DNA from: Candidatus Falkowbacteria bacterium
Lineage (GTDB): Bacteria > Patescibacteriota > Patescibacteriia > CAIXNZ01
Assembly (NCBI GenBank): GCA_963774955.1
Contig: CAVZGV010000006.1
Coordinates: 159,224-223,223 of the forward strand
Direction: 5' to 3'
DNA length: 64,000 nucleotides
This document shows positions 1 through 10,292 of this stretch, one piece after another. The number at the start of each line of letters is the position of its first letter. Position 1 is the stretch's first letter. Position numbers and translations under genes: made by a program. Under the pieces are notes generated by a model. That model ran no database searches. It was not told where the DNA came from and saw nothing but the letters and a program-made list of their open reading frames with translations.

Positions 1-24
1 AAACAAAACACAAAATCCAAAAAC

Positions 25-1140
25 TTAAAACCTTACCGAGCCGCGAACCCCGTAAGCGCCACCATGGACGCCCGGATTACTCCAACCCAGGAGGAACTGC
101 CTATCATGCCGACCCCAACCACCAAACGGGACGCCGCCCTTTCCTTTAAAATATGCCCCGGCATTCCAGCAACCATTGCCCTTGCCATCCCAGTCATCTA
201 TAACCTGATTATTTCTTTGCAGATATTCCATGAAATATATCAGCTGGGCTTCAGGAGTGGTAAACTGTTCGTTTGCGTACTGCTCCTCCGTCTGAATCTT
301 GGCCAGATATTCTTCAGGACTTTGTCCTGCCTCAAGCTGCTTTCTGCCTTCAATTTCCTGTCCCTTGCCTTCCGCAGGCAAGTCCGGCATGTCTTCAATC
401 ATTAAAATCTGCCAGCCACCAGTTTCGTTTATTAATTCCTGCTTGGTTTTGCCGCCATGATTATCGTCAAACTTTTTAACTCCATATACCAGATCACCTT
501 TAACGTCTGCGTCTTGGTATATATCATCAACATAAATAGGCCGTGGCTGGTCGTCTTCCATTTTCAATTCCAGCTTTGTCCCGTCTGTTGCCAGTAAATT
601 ACCCTCTCCATGCTTTTTCACTATTAATTCCCCTGCTTTTTCAGTAATTTCGCTTAATTTCATGCCAATCGGCACTAAAAGCAATTGGGTGAATCCCTGT
701 TCTCTTTTTTTATCCAGAATTTCAGCCTTGGCATTCATGCGTTTCAAGATCTCGTCATAACTCGGAATCGGCTGTTCATTGCCCAGAATATCTTTCATTC
801 CCCATTCCCCGTTTTTCAGCTTTTTCAAGATACCGACTTCTTTAAGCGTCTGAACTTGCTCTTCATATTGTTCCTTGAGATTTAATTCGCTCTCCAATTT
901 TTTACCGATAACCTCTGCTGTTTTCTTGTTTTTTAAATATGCCAGCAATTCCTGATATTTTTTCAGCGCTTTTGACAACTGATTGGCTGACTCATAGCCT
1001 TTGGCCTCGTCAATCATGGCCATGACTTTTTCTTTTTCATCAGGTGTCAGATCCATTTCCTTAACCCGACCCAAAACCTGCCTGGCTATTTCCAAGGCCG
1101 GATGTTCCTGCTTTTCTGATTGTTCCATTCCTTTTGACAT
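25..1140 (-). CDS. DGR target-family protein, remote paralog 3 (helical N-terminus, C-terminal VR-like region, probable C-type-lectin-like fold)
   Basis: Clear paralog of 19144-20283 and 21497-22642 (shared KKREQGFTQLLLVPIGMKLSEI, QFTTPEAQLIY, GCWNAGAYFKG). The last 113 bp align without gaps to the TR. Confidence 0.9.
   Translation of the reverse strand: MSKGMEQSEKQEHPALEIARQVLGRVKEMDLTPDEKEKVMAMIDEAKGYESANQLSKALKKYQELLAYLKNKKTAEVIGKKLESELNLKEQYEEQVQTLKEVGILKKLKNGEWGMKDILGNEQPIPSYDEILKRMNAKAEILDKKREQGFTQLLLVPIGMKLSEITEKAGELIVKKHGEGNLLATDGTKLELKMEDDQPRPIYVDDIYQDADVKGDLVYGVKKFDDNHGGKTKQELINETGGWQILMIEDMPDLPAEGKGQEIEGRKQLEAGQSPEEYLAKIQTEEQYANEQFTTPEAQLIYFMEYLQRNNQVIDDWDGKGNGCWNAGAYFKGKGGVPFGGWGRHDRQFLLGWSNPGVHGGAYGVRGSVRF
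26..138 (-). repeat. Diverged variable repeat VR3
   Basis: Ungapped alignment to TR 18727-18839: 23 mismatches at TR adenines plus 13 at non-adenine positions (hand count). Confidence 0.8.
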
Positions 1141-1185
1141 AAATTTTACTTAAGCGAAAACGGCTGACGTTATTGACACCCATAT

Positions 1186-1213
1186 GTAGAGACACGGCGC
1201 GCCGTGTCTCTAC
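1186..1213. repeat. GTAG-type REP palindrome
   Basis: GTAGAGACACGGCGCGCCGTGTCTCTAC is a perfect palindrome, enclosed by an outer stem GAAAACGGCT...AGCCGTTTTC. Confidence 0.8.
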
Positions 1214-1244
1214 CGTCCGCGATTAATAGCCGTTTTCTTTGATC

Positions 1245-3668
1245 TTATATAGTATTGGTCATCAAATGAGAATACGGAGGTCTGTTCTTATACCGTTTAA
1301 TGGCCAAAGCAATAATTTCTTCCAAAAATTCGCCGTAATCTAAACCGGTTAATTTCGCGACTTCGGGCACGCAATTGCCCATATTGATGGACGGATTAGG
1401 ATTTAATTCCAAAACATAAGGATTATCATCCTTGTCCACGCGAATTTCTACCCGGCCATAATCATGGCAATCTAAAATATTATAGGTATCAAGCGCAATT
1501 TCACCCAGTAATGTTTCTAATTTTTTATTAATGTTTTTGGCCGGACGCTGGACAACGATGCCGGCTTTTTCAGGCGTCACATCCGGAGCAAATTTAATAT
1601 CATGAGTATAAATATGCCATTGTCCCTGAGCCATCTCTTTAAAAATTGACCGTGATAACGGCAAAACTTTCAAATCATCCTCCTCACTCCCCAAGATGGA
1701 AACGTCATATTCATCACCTTCAATATACTCTTCAATCAAAGCCGGACTACCCAGATCAACAATGACTTTTTTCAATTGCTTATGCAATTCTTCGATATTA
1801 GAAACGACAGACTCATTAGTTATGCCGATGGAATTGTCAGTATTAGATGGCTTCACAATCAACGGAAAGCGCAAATTAGGATTTATTTCATCATCCATGG
1901 AATAAATATAATCCCATTTAGGCGTAGGAATCCCGTGAAAAGACAATAATTTTTTAACCCTAATTTTATCAATACACAAACTTAAAGTCGAAGGATTAGA
2001 CCCTGTATAAGGTATTTGCAAAATATCATACAAAGCCGCGGCATGAGGTTCTAACAATGAAGAATCATTAATTCGTTCACAAACATTAAAAACCAAATCA
2101 ACATCACTGCTTTTTAGATCGTTATAAACCTTGTCAACATTATTAAAATCAAAGAAAGAAGTTTTATAGCCTTTGGCCTGCAAAGTTTTCTCAATATTTT
2201 TACCCACATCCATCAGCTCATGACCGACCAGATTTTCCGTATCTTCATACATATTACAAGCAATGCCAATGTGCAGTTTTTTCATCTGATTCTTGGTAAC
2301 TCGCCTGATCTTTTCAATTTTAGCGGCCCGGACAAATAAATTAGCAGCAATAGCGGCATGAGAAAACTTATTTTTCCTGGAAGTCTTACCGATTGACGAT
2401 TCAGGCGCAAACTTGGCAATTTCATATCTGATTTCTTTCAGAGCATTTTTCATATTATCCTGGGCATCAAGTAAGCTGTATCCGGAAACAGTGATCCAAC
2501 CTAAATTGTCATAGCCTTCAGGCGGGGCCAAAACCGGATCCCCAATTTCCTTATAGAAATGCATTTCCCCGACTGAAGACCATTTTTCAATCTCATAATT
2601 AATATTGGCGGAGATAAGCACGCCTGAATAATCAGGTCGGAAATCCTGGCCGATAATGTACTTGAGGGGAATTGACGGTTTTTTTATTTTTATAAAATAG
2701 CCCAAAGCGATCATAACCGCATATTCAATCAAATCAACACCCCAACAGCCCTTTATATAGGAATAAACATAATCACCGCCCATGCGCAGATTAATTTCAA
2801 TCGGCACAGGACCTAACGGAGTTGATTTGGCTTCCCAGTGAACCAGACCGTTTTGCAAGCCAAGTTTTTCCAGGGTTTCTTCGGCCTGTTCAAATAATTC
2901 CTGCTGTTTACTTGTTGGCAGACTTGAAGGGATAGATTGGCCGACTTCTACAAAAAAAGGTTCCTGAGTCTGAAAATTGTCGGAAATTGACCAGAATTTA
3001 ATTTTGCCGTTTTGGATAATAATATCAATATCAACTTCATCACCGTCAATATATTCTTCCACAAAAATATCCAGACCGTCAGCCAAAGCACTTTCAGTAC
3101 TGGTGGAAATATTTTTCTTAATGTAGTTATAAGTATTAATCAAATCATCCTTACTGTTTACTTTGATAACATAAGCGCTGGAAGCACCAAAAGCCGGCTT
3201 GATCACCACCGGAAACTTAAAATCTTCGGGCAAACTCTGGATCTCAGCCAGACTTTTTATAAGCAGATGCTTCGGGGTGGCGATGCCGTTTTCTTGGCAA
3301 AATTCCCTGAATAAATATTTATTTCTGACCCGCCTGGCAATATTAAAAGGAATGCCGATCCAATTGAATTTGTCGGCAATTTTAGAAGTCAGCAAAACAT
3401 CATCTTCCCAAAAAGTCACCACGCCGTTAATTTTCACTTCGGCATTATTGGCGATAAATTCCTTAATGGCATTAATACATTCGGTTTGGTTGGTATTATC
3501 AGCCAAAATCCAATGATCGACATAAGACGCGGCCCAATTTTTTTCCTTATTGAGACAGACGACTTTTAAACCCATTTTTTTTAATTTCTGCAAAATAAAA
3601 CGTTTTTTAAACGACCCGGTGTTAACCAATAAAATAGTTTTATCTGCGAAGCTGTTTCCGTTTTTCAT
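1245..3668 (-). CDS. Double ATP-grasp protein (N-terminal L-amino-acid-ligase-like domain fused to a C-terminal D-Ala-D-Ala-ligase-like domain)
   Basis: Two ATP-grasp motif sets: FPVVIKP/EEYIDG/IEINLRMGG and IPYTGS/FPLIVKP/EEYIEG/DYGRVE/LELNPNP. Confidence 0.85.
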   Translation of the reverse strand: MKNGNSFADKTILLVNTGSFKKRFILQKLKKMGLKVVCLNKEKNWAASYVDHWILADNTNQTECINAIKEFIANNAEVKINGVVTFWEDDVLLTSKIADKFNWIGIPFNIARRVRNKYLFREFCQENGIATPKHLLIKSLAEIQSLPEDFKFPVVIKPAFGASSAYVIKVNSKDDLINTYNYIKKNISTSTESALADGLDIFVEEYIDGDEVDIDIIIQNGKIKFWSISDNFQTQEPFFVEVGQSIPSSLPTSKQQELFEQAEETLEKLGLQNGLVHWEAKSTPLGPVPIEINLRMGGDYVYSYIKGCWGVDLIEYAVMIALGYFIKIKKPSIPLKYIIGQDFRPDYSGVLISANINYEIEKWSSVGEMHFYKEIGDPVLAPPEGYDNLGWITVSGYSLLDAQDNMKNALKEIRYEIAKFAPESSIGKTSRKNKFSHAAIAANLFVRAAKIEKIRRVTKNQMKKLHIGIACNMYEDTENLVGHELMDVGKNIEKTLQAKGYKTSFFDFNNVDKVYNDLKSSDVDLVFNVCERINDSSLLEPHAAALYDILQIPYTGSNPSTLSLCIDKIRVKKLLSFHGIPTPKWDYIYSMDDEINPNLRFPLIVKPSNTDNSIGITNESVVSNIEELHKQLKKVIVDLGSPALIEEYIEGDEYDVSILGSEEDDLKVLPLSRSIFKEMAQGQWHIYTHDIKFAPDVTPEKAGIVVQRPAKNINKKLETLLGEIALDTYNILDCHDYGRVEIRVDKDDNPYVLELNPNPSINMGNCVPEVAKLTGLDYGEFLEEIIALAIKRYKNRPPYSHLMTNTI

Positions 3669-5041
3669 AATAATTGTTTTAATTCCTCCTGATAAATATT
3701 TAGTAATTTAGATTGTAAATTTTTAGGCACTGTAACCATCGGATAAATTTTGAAAAATTTTCGCCGCAGCCTTTTTTCTTGTTTAATGGCTTTAGCCAGA
3801 TATTTTTCTTTGAATAAATCAATCAGTGCCCCGCGCCAACCATTGCGGTAAGCCAGCAAGAATGATAATAATTGTTCCTGCTCCACCTGGGACGGCATTT
3901 CATAAGCCCGACGGTTTTTTAAATTAAAAATAGGATAAAGTTGCTCGTATTTTTTTTCAAACATATCTTGTTTCATGCCGATTTTTTTGGGATCGCCGCC
4001 GACTGCCGCTGAATATAAAAATGCTTTGGCGCACATCGGGCATTTATTACACCACCTATCTTCCCTGGTCATTTCATAGGCGCAGGACATAACATACTTC
4101 AATAAATAAGGATACCGGCTGTACAAAATTTTCATTTCAGCCAAATTATAGATAGGTCCGACTAAACTGGCAACCTGATAATTATCGGCGGTAAACTTTT
4201 TCAATTCCTGATTTAATTTCAGGGCATAACCGGAAGACTGATCAAATGAAGGGTAAGCCTTATATCCGTCCTGCAGCCAAAAATCATCCAGATTTTTTTC
4301 ATTGCCTAGAATCAAATACTTAGCCTGATGATAATAGGCAAATGGCAGAAACTCCAGGGCAAAAGCCAGCATGCCATTGGAATTATCAAATTCTTCAATC
4401 TTAACCGGCCAATTTTTATTATAAAAAATACTATCAGCATTATCTTCCAGATATTCTATTTTTTCTTTTTCATTTTTGACAAAGGCTCTGATAATTTTTC
4501 GTTTATGTTCGTTTTCAATACTGTATTCCCCTTCCATTTCATTGACATAAACAAGTTGATATTTAAGGCCCAGTTCTTTGATCAGGCCATAAGTCAGTAA
4601 ACTATCCTTGCCAAAAGACAAAGCCAAAATCGCTTTATTATGCAAAGCTTGCTTTTGGGGAATTATTTTTTCCGATTTTTTAACATCAGCAAAACTTATT
4701 TTGCGATCTTTAAACAGATTAACCAGCCTGAGAACTTTAAGTCTATTGGCAAACCCGACATGAGGCAAGTCACCTAAAACACCTTGATCAGCAATTCGAT
4801 GCAAAAAAGGCCTGCCCATCTCAAAACCTATTTTTTTATCTGTCGCCACCCCCAAAGGACCGGTACGCGAATAAATAAAATTTTCCGCCAAAATATTCTT
4901 TCGCTCAAATTGTTTCCATATTTTTTGCGGGTAAATCACCGAGTACTGAGCTTCTCCATTTACAGAAATTCTAAAACCATCATTACCAACCTGATAAGAA
5001 ATTTTCAATTCAAAATTATTTTTACCTGAAATATTTTTCAT
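3665..5041 (-). CDS. PP-loop ATPase, MurL/QueC-like
   Basis: SFGKDS PP-loop, GNE motif and SC...WCNKCPMC Cys cluster. The stop overlaps the start of the next gene (coupled). Confidence 0.6.
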   Translation of the reverse strand: MKNISGKNNFELKISYQVGNDGFRISVNGEAQYSVIYPQKIWKQFERKNILAENFIYSRTGPLGVATDKKIGFEMGRPFLHRIADQGVLGDLPHVGFANRLKVLRLVNLFKDRKISFADVKKSEKIIPQKQALHNKAILALSFGKDSLLTYGLIKELGLKYQLVYVNEMEGEYSIENEHKRKIIRAFVKNEKEKIEYLEDNADSIFYNKNWPVKIEEFDNSNGMLAFALEFLPFAYYHQAKYLILGNEKNLDDFWLQDGYKAYPSFDQSSGYALKLNQELKKFTADNYQVASLVGPIYNLAEMKILYSRYPYLLKYVMSCAYEMTREDRWCNKCPMCAKAFLYSAAVGGDPKKIGMKQDMFEKKYEQLYPIFNLKNRRAYEMPSQVEQEQLLSFLLAYRNGWRGALIDLFKEKYLAKAIKQEKRLRRKFFKIYPMVTVPKNLQSKLLNIYQEELKQLL

Positions 5042-5167
5042 CCTTGAAATAGAAAAATTTTGTATTTTATATTTTATTTTTTATATTATAAGTATATGAC
5101 TAGTGTTTTTTATTGTCAATGATTTTTTGGCTTTTTTAAGCCTAAAAAGTTACTAACGGTCAAAAAA

Positions 5168-5190
5168 AGAGTTCCGCATTGCGGAACTCT
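5168..5190. terminator. Intrinsic terminator
   Basis: AGAGTTCCGC-ATT-GCGGAACTCT next to an A/T run, downstream of the ddl-like gene. Confidence 0.7.
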
Positions 5191-5196
5191 AAAAAA

Positions 5197-6213
5197 TTAT
5201 TTTAAACCATATCTTTGCGCCGCCGAATTGATGATAGCCAAAAGCATTTCATCATATCTTTTTCCGGTCAGCGCCCACATCTTGGCCAGATGGCCATCCC
5301 AACACCAACCTGGATTGGGATTGACTTCCAAAAGCCGCGGTCTGCAATGCGCATCCAGCCGCCAGTCAAAGCGGGCATAGTCGCGGCAATTAAAAATGAG
5401 GAATAATCTGACGGAATTATTAATCATCACTCTGGTCATGTCTTCCGGCAAACTTGCCGGCAAGGTCTTGATGCCCTGCCAGTAAGGCGAATCAGGCTGC
5501 CATTTGGATTCATAACCGGCCAGGCGCGGCAAATCCGACGGCAAATCTGAATAATCGTCCTCAATGATGGGTAAGACTTCATATTTGTTTGGCGGATAGC
5601 CGACAATGCCCAGACTCAAATCTTTACCCGGTAAAAATTCCTGAATTAGAATTTTATTGTCTGACGGTAAAATGGCTCTCAATTCGTCATAGGCAGTAAG
5701 CAAACTCTCAGCATCGTAAGCCACGCTTTTTTGGGTGATACCCATACTGCCGTCGCCCAGATTAGGTTTGACCAAAACCGGAAAAGTGCTGACCGCAGCC
5801 GGAGTCTGAAAAGTTCTGGGCACTCGAATGCCGATCTGCGCCGCAATCTGCAAAACAGATTCTTTGTCATAACACTGATTCAGACAAAAGACATCCCCGC
5901 CCGTATAAGGCAGCCCCAAATTTTTCAGAACCTGAGGAATTTCATCTTCCCGCCTGGGGTCATTCATATAACCCTCATCGCACAAATTCAGCACCAAACT
6001 TACTTTAGAGGCTAAAGCTTCTAAGCCTTCAAACAAAGTCTGATGATTTTCAAAATAGATAAACTCATACTCGGTCAGTAAAGCCAAGGCTTTTTTGAGT
6101 TTAATCACAACCTCAAAATCCTCTGAATTAAACTTACCGTCCAGTTTAACCTGGTCAGGCAAATTCGGATCGCCCAAAATGACGGCGATCAGTTTTTTCG
6201 ATTTAAGGTGCAT
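5197..6213 (-). CDS. D-Ala-D-Ala ligase-like ATP-grasp protein
   Basis: LPYTGG, FPVLVKP, QEFLPG, DYARFDWR and LEVNPNPGW motifs. Start placed at ATG 6213, after GGAGG. Confidence 0.8.
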   Translation of the reverse strand: MHLKSKKLIAVILGDPNLPDQVKLDGKFNSEDFEVVIKLKKALALLTEYEFIYFENHQTLFEGLEALASKVSLVLNLCDEGYMNDPRREDEIPQVLKNLGLPYTGGDVFCLNQCYDKESVLQIAAQIGIRVPRTFQTPAAVSTFPVLVKPNLGDGSMGITQKSVAYDAESLLTAYDELRAILPSDNKILIQEFLPGKDLSLGIVGYPPNKYEVLPIIEDDYSDLPSDLPRLAGYESKWQPDSPYWQGIKTLPASLPEDMTRVMINNSVRLFLIFNCRDYARFDWRLDAHCRPRLLEVNPNPGWCWDGHLAKMWALTGKRYDEMLLAIINSAAQRYGLK

Positions 6214-6412
6214 GCTATCTTCCTCCATTATTTGAATATGATAATCTAATGCAATCGTTACTAAATTTTGCATTAATATCTAAGTGTACGTTGTGAAACA
6301 AAAAAAGTCAAGGCTTTTTACCCGACTTCTATTTTCCCTTATTTTAAAAAGTCTTTAGTTATAAACTATCCCCCAATCACAAAAGACTAAACTGGCTGCC
6401 GCTAGCTATAAA

Positions 6413-7510
6413 CTAACGACCAATTATCTTATATACCAATTCTACATATCTTTTGGTCGCCTCCTTATCCAGAAGCTGACTGATGTTACGGCCCAGATTC
6501 TGCCTTTCCGGAAAATTCTGCATCAAAGTATCTATGACCTGCACAAATGTTTCCTTAGTTAATTTATCCTGAGCTAAAATTTTTACCGAGTTATATTTGA
6601 AAAAATACTGGGCATTGATTTCCTGATGTCCTGGAATTGGGATTAATAAAGCTGCTTTACCCAAAGCTGCCAATTCCGTGAGAGTAGAAAAGCCTGCCCG
6701 GCTAACAATCAAGTCTGCAACAGCCATGGCATCAAAAATTTCCTGATTTAAAAATTCATAGTCGCGATAACGCTCTTCAATCATTTTTAAAGTCTCACGA
6801 TTAAAATAATCATTAAACTGGCCACTGATCATTTTGCCTTTACCGGTTAAATGAATAATTTGGTATTTTGTTATCAACTGGGCCAGAGTATCAAAAACGA
6901 CCTGATTTATTTGCTGAGCCCCAGTCCCCCCGCCAGTAATTAATATTGTCGGCAAGTCTGCCTTAAGTTTAAAAAATGCCCAAGCCTTCTCTTTGTTGCC
7001 TAACAGAACCTCAGTTCTGATCGGATTACCGATAACAAAAGTTTTTTTGGGATCAAAATGGTTCCTTGATTCTTCAAAGGTCACGCTCACGGCGGTTGCC
7101 TTTTTAGCCATCAGCTTATTGGCCAAGCCAATTTCCAGATCCTGCTGGTGAACAATGCTGGGAATTTTCAGTATCCGAGCTGCATACATGACCGGCACGG
7201 CAATAAAACTACCGGCAGTCAAAACAATATCCGGCTTGAATTTTCGTATTATAAAATATGATTTGATCAAACCACAGAGAAAACCAAAAGGCGCCAAAAT
7301 ATTCCAACCAGAGAAATAACGTCTCAATTTCGCGCTGGTAATTGTTTTAAACGGAATATTATATTTGGCTAAAAATTCTTTTTCCGGTCCTTGTTTTGTC
7401 CCCAACCATAAAACCTCCAGATTAGCTTCTCTGGTTTTTAATTCCTCATAAATTGCTACCAGCGGTGAAACACTCCCCATTGTTCCTCCGCCGGAAAATA
7501 ATACCTTCAT
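6413..7510 (-). CDS. murG: UDP-GlcNAc:lipid I GlcNAc transferase MurG
   Basis: GGGTMG, GNPIR, TGGGTGA, SRAG and HQEINA motifs. Start trimmed to MKVLF. Confidence 0.92.
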   Translation of the reverse strand: MKVLFSGGGTMGSVSPLVAIYEELKTREANLEVLWLGTKQGPEKEFLAKYNIPFKTITSAKLRRYFSGWNILAPFGFLCGLIKSYFIIRKFKPDIVLTAGSFIAVPVMYAARILKIPSIVHQQDLEIGLANKLMAKKATAVSVTFEESRNHFDPKKTFVIGNPIRTEVLLGNKEKAWAFFKLKADLPTILITGGGTGAQQINQVVFDTLAQLITKYQIIHLTGKGKMISGQFNDYFNRETLKMIEERYRDYEFLNQEIFDAMAVADLIVSRAGFSTLTELAALGKAALLIPIPGHQEINAQYFFKYNSVKILAQDKLTKETFVQVIDTLMQNFPERQNLGRNISQLLDKEATKRYVELVYKIIGR

Positions 7511-7677
7511 GTATTTGATTATAAATTCTATATGGATTAAAAATCCCAAATGCCTAGTGACAAGCTTCAAATAAAATACAAGTTCCAACCTCCAAAATCA
7601 AAATTTGTTTATTATTTTAGAATTTGTATTTTGATATTTATTTGCTTTTTGAAATTTGTAATTTGGTGCTTTTAACC

Positions 7678-8793
7678 TTATTCCCTCGTCTGCCTCGAAA
7701 CATTTACTACAATCCCGCAAGCTGCCAGCAATACCATCATTGAAGTCCCGCCGTAGCTGACAAATGGAAGCGGCACTCCGGTCAAAGGCAGAAGCCCGAC
7801 CATAGCGCTAATATTAACAAATGATTGGATTAAAATCCAGGCGACAATACCGATGACCAGATGTTTGCCGAAATTATCAGGCGCCTTCTGTGCGATTTTC
7901 AGGCCACGGGACATTAGAAATAAATAGGCAATAATTAATAATGATGAAAAAATAAAACCCAGTTCTTCGGCAATAATCGCAAAAATTGAATCTCCGGCAA
8001 CTTCAGGCAAATATTGAAATTTTTGACGCGACATACCAAAGCCTCGGCCCCAAAAGCCACCGGAACCTATGGCTAAAAAAGCTTGGTTAATATGATAGCC
8101 TATTCCCTGCGGATCAAGTTCCGGATGTAAAAATATGGTAAAACGAGCAACACGATAAGGCGCTACTTTTATTAACAAAAATAAACCCAAGATCGAACCG
8201 ATGCCTACGCCAATCATATGTAAAAGATTAGCTCCACCGATAAAATATACTGTCAGGGCAATCATGGCAATAATTGTCATGGTCCCTAAATCAGGCTGTA
8301 AAACTAATAAAAAGATAATCACGCCCAAAATACATAAAAACGGCACCAGACCTTCACTGAAATTACCTGCCTTCTTTTGGCCGTGAGTGTCCAGCCAGGA
8401 CGCTAAATAAATTAAAAAAGTTAATTTTACCAATTCAGAAGGCTGGAAAGAAACGCCAAAAATATTAATCCAACTTTGCGCTGTACCGTAACCGGCGCCA
8501 ATTTTCGGTATAAAAACTAAGACTAACAAACCGATGGAACCCACCAGAGCAAAAAATGAGAATCGTTTTAAAATTTTATAATCCAGCAATGAAAAAAAGA
8601 TAAACGCCAATAAGCCCGGAATCAAACCCCAAAATATCTGATGTTTCAATAAGTAATAACTATCGTGATATTTTTCAAAAGACAATGAAACGCTGGCTGA
8701 AGACAGCATTACCAGCCCAAAAACGATAATCATAAATAACCCTATTATGAATCCATAATCCGGCTGATGCCAATTTTTAGTAAAAAAACGCAT
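7678..8793 (-). CDS. ftsW: SEDS peptidoglycan polymerase FtsW
   Basis: FQPSELVK, QPDLGT, LPEVAGDSIF and GVPLPFVSYGG motifs; lies between murD and murG. Confidence 0.93.
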   Translation of the reverse strand: MRFFTKNWHQPDYGFIIGLFMIIVFGLVMLSSASVSLSFEKYHDSYYLLKHQIFWGLIPGLLAFIFFSLLDYKILKRFSFFALVGSIGLLVLVFIPKIGAGYGTAQSWINIFGVSFQPSELVKLTFLIYLASWLDTHGQKKAGNFSEGLVPFLCILGVIIFLLVLQPDLGTMTIIAMIALTVYFIGGANLLHMIGVGIGSILGLFLLIKVAPYRVARFTIFLHPELDPQGIGYHINQAFLAIGSGGFWGRGFGMSRQKFQYLPEVAGDSIFAIIAEELGFIFSSLLIIAYLFLMSRGLKIAQKAPDNFGKHLVIGIVAWILIQSFVNISAMVGLLPLTGVPLPFVSYGGTSMMVLLAACGIVVNVSRQTRE

Positions 8794-8794
8794 A

Positions 8795-10189
8795 TTATTT
8801 CACTAAATTCTTTACAGCATAATTAAACTGATCACCCCGATCGAATTCATTAATAAATAAACCAAAACTTGCTGCTCCGGGAGATAGAATAAACGTATCA
8901 CCAGGCTTTAATATATACTTCGCCTGTTTAAATGCTTCCTTCATGGAATCAACAAAAACCAAATTCTCATTATAATTTATCTTACGTAATTCTTTGACTA
9001 ATTTATCGGTTGCAGTTCCTTCAAACAAAATCAAAGACCTGACCTTTGCCTTGATGGTTTTCGCAAGTTCCCGAAACTCCAATTTCTTATCAGTGCCGCC
9101 GGCTAGAAGCACTACTTTTGGCGGAAAAGAATTTAAAGCGGCAATAACCGCATCCGGCGTGGTTGCCGTGGTATCATTATAATATTTGATACCGCCAAAT
9201 TCTCTGATCAACTGCAGCCTACCTTCAACGCCCTTAAACTCGGAGACTGCCTTTTTAATAATTCTAGTTGGTACGCCAAAGACTTTAGCCAAAGCAACTG
9301 CCCCCAAAACATTGGATAAGTTATGTGTTCCAACCAATAAAACTGATTTTACGGGTATAATCTTTTCTGCTTTGATTTTATTTTTAAATATCAGCCAGCC
9401 CTTATCTAAATAAGCGCCACTTTCTTTTTTACCTAATTTTGCCAGGCTATACCAGAATACATGTGAATGAGTCTTTGAACCCATAGCCCTGGTATAATCA
9501 TTATCTCTGTTTAGAATCAAATAATTATTAGGTTTTTGGAACTTAAATATTAAGGCTTTGGCCCGAGCATAATCAGCCATACTTTTATAAGTATTCAAAT
9601 GATCACGCATGACATTGGTAACCAAAGCATATTGAGGACTAATTTCGCGGTTTTCCAGACCTTCAACCTGCCAGGATGATAATTCTAAAACGACAGGAGT
9701 TTGTTGCCTAATTTTGGTTAAAGAATCAAGCGGCGAAACCCTGATATTACCGCCGAGAATAGTCTCCTTCTTATATTGTTTTATAATATGATAAATCAAA
9801 CTGGTGGTTGTGCTTTTACCTTTTGTGCCCGTGATACCGACTATTTTATCTGAAGAGCACAAGCTAAAAAACAGGCTCATATCGGTTTCAATCGGCACTT
9901 TATGTTTTTGAGCGGCCTGCAAATATTTATTCACACCATGCACCCCGGGGTTTTTAATCACCATATCTGCGTTAACAAAATCAGCGAGTTTGTGCTGACC
10001 TAAAACATAATTAATTTTAAAGCCCTTAAGCTGTTTAATTGAACTTGCCAATTGAAGCGCTGACTTCATATCAGTGACAGTCACCACTGCTCCCTTTTGA
10101 GCCAAAAATTTAGTCACACCCAAACCGCCTCCGTGCAAGCCGAGGCCCATAACTGTAACCTTTTTACCTTTAAAATCTATGTTCGCCAT
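8795..10189 (-). CDS. murD: UDP-MurNAc-L-Ala:D-Glu ligase MurD
   Basis: GITGTKGKSTT, LELSSWQ, YNDTTATTP and LSPGAASF..F..RG..F motifs. Confidence 0.92.
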   Translation of the reverse strand: MANIDFKGKKVTVMGLGLHGGGLGVTKFLAQKGAVVTVTDMKSALQLASSIKQLKGFKINYVLGQHKLADFVNADMVIKNPGVHGVNKYLQAAQKHKVPIETDMSLFFSLCSSDKIVGITGTKGKSTTTSLIYHIIKQYKKETILGGNIRVSPLDSLTKIRQQTPVVLELSSWQVEGLENREISPQYALVTNVMRDHLNTYKSMADYARAKALIFKFQKPNNYLILNRDNDYTRAMGSKTHSHVFWYSLAKLGKKESGAYLDKGWLIFKNKIKAEKIIPVKSVLLVGTHNLSNVLGAVALAKVFGVPTRIIKKAVSEFKGVEGRLQLIREFGGIKYYNDTTATTPDAVIAALNSFPPKVVLLAGGTDKKLEFRELAKTIKAKVRSLILFEGTATDKLVKELRKINYNENLVFVDSMKEAFKQAKYILKPGDTFILSPGAASFGLFINEFDRGDQFNYAVKNLVK

Positions 10190-10292
10190 AAGTCTAAAAC
10201 AAAAAAATACTACAAACGTATTTATACCTATTATACTGGAAAATTAGATAAAAAAAAAGCCCTTCGCGAGAACGAAAGACTTTTTTATTTTA

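Noticed and set aside
64-9413. Short antisense ORFs over the target 3, ATP-grasp and mur genes (and similar ones elsewhere)
   Set aside because: They are shadow frames of well-supported genes, with no motifs or RBS.
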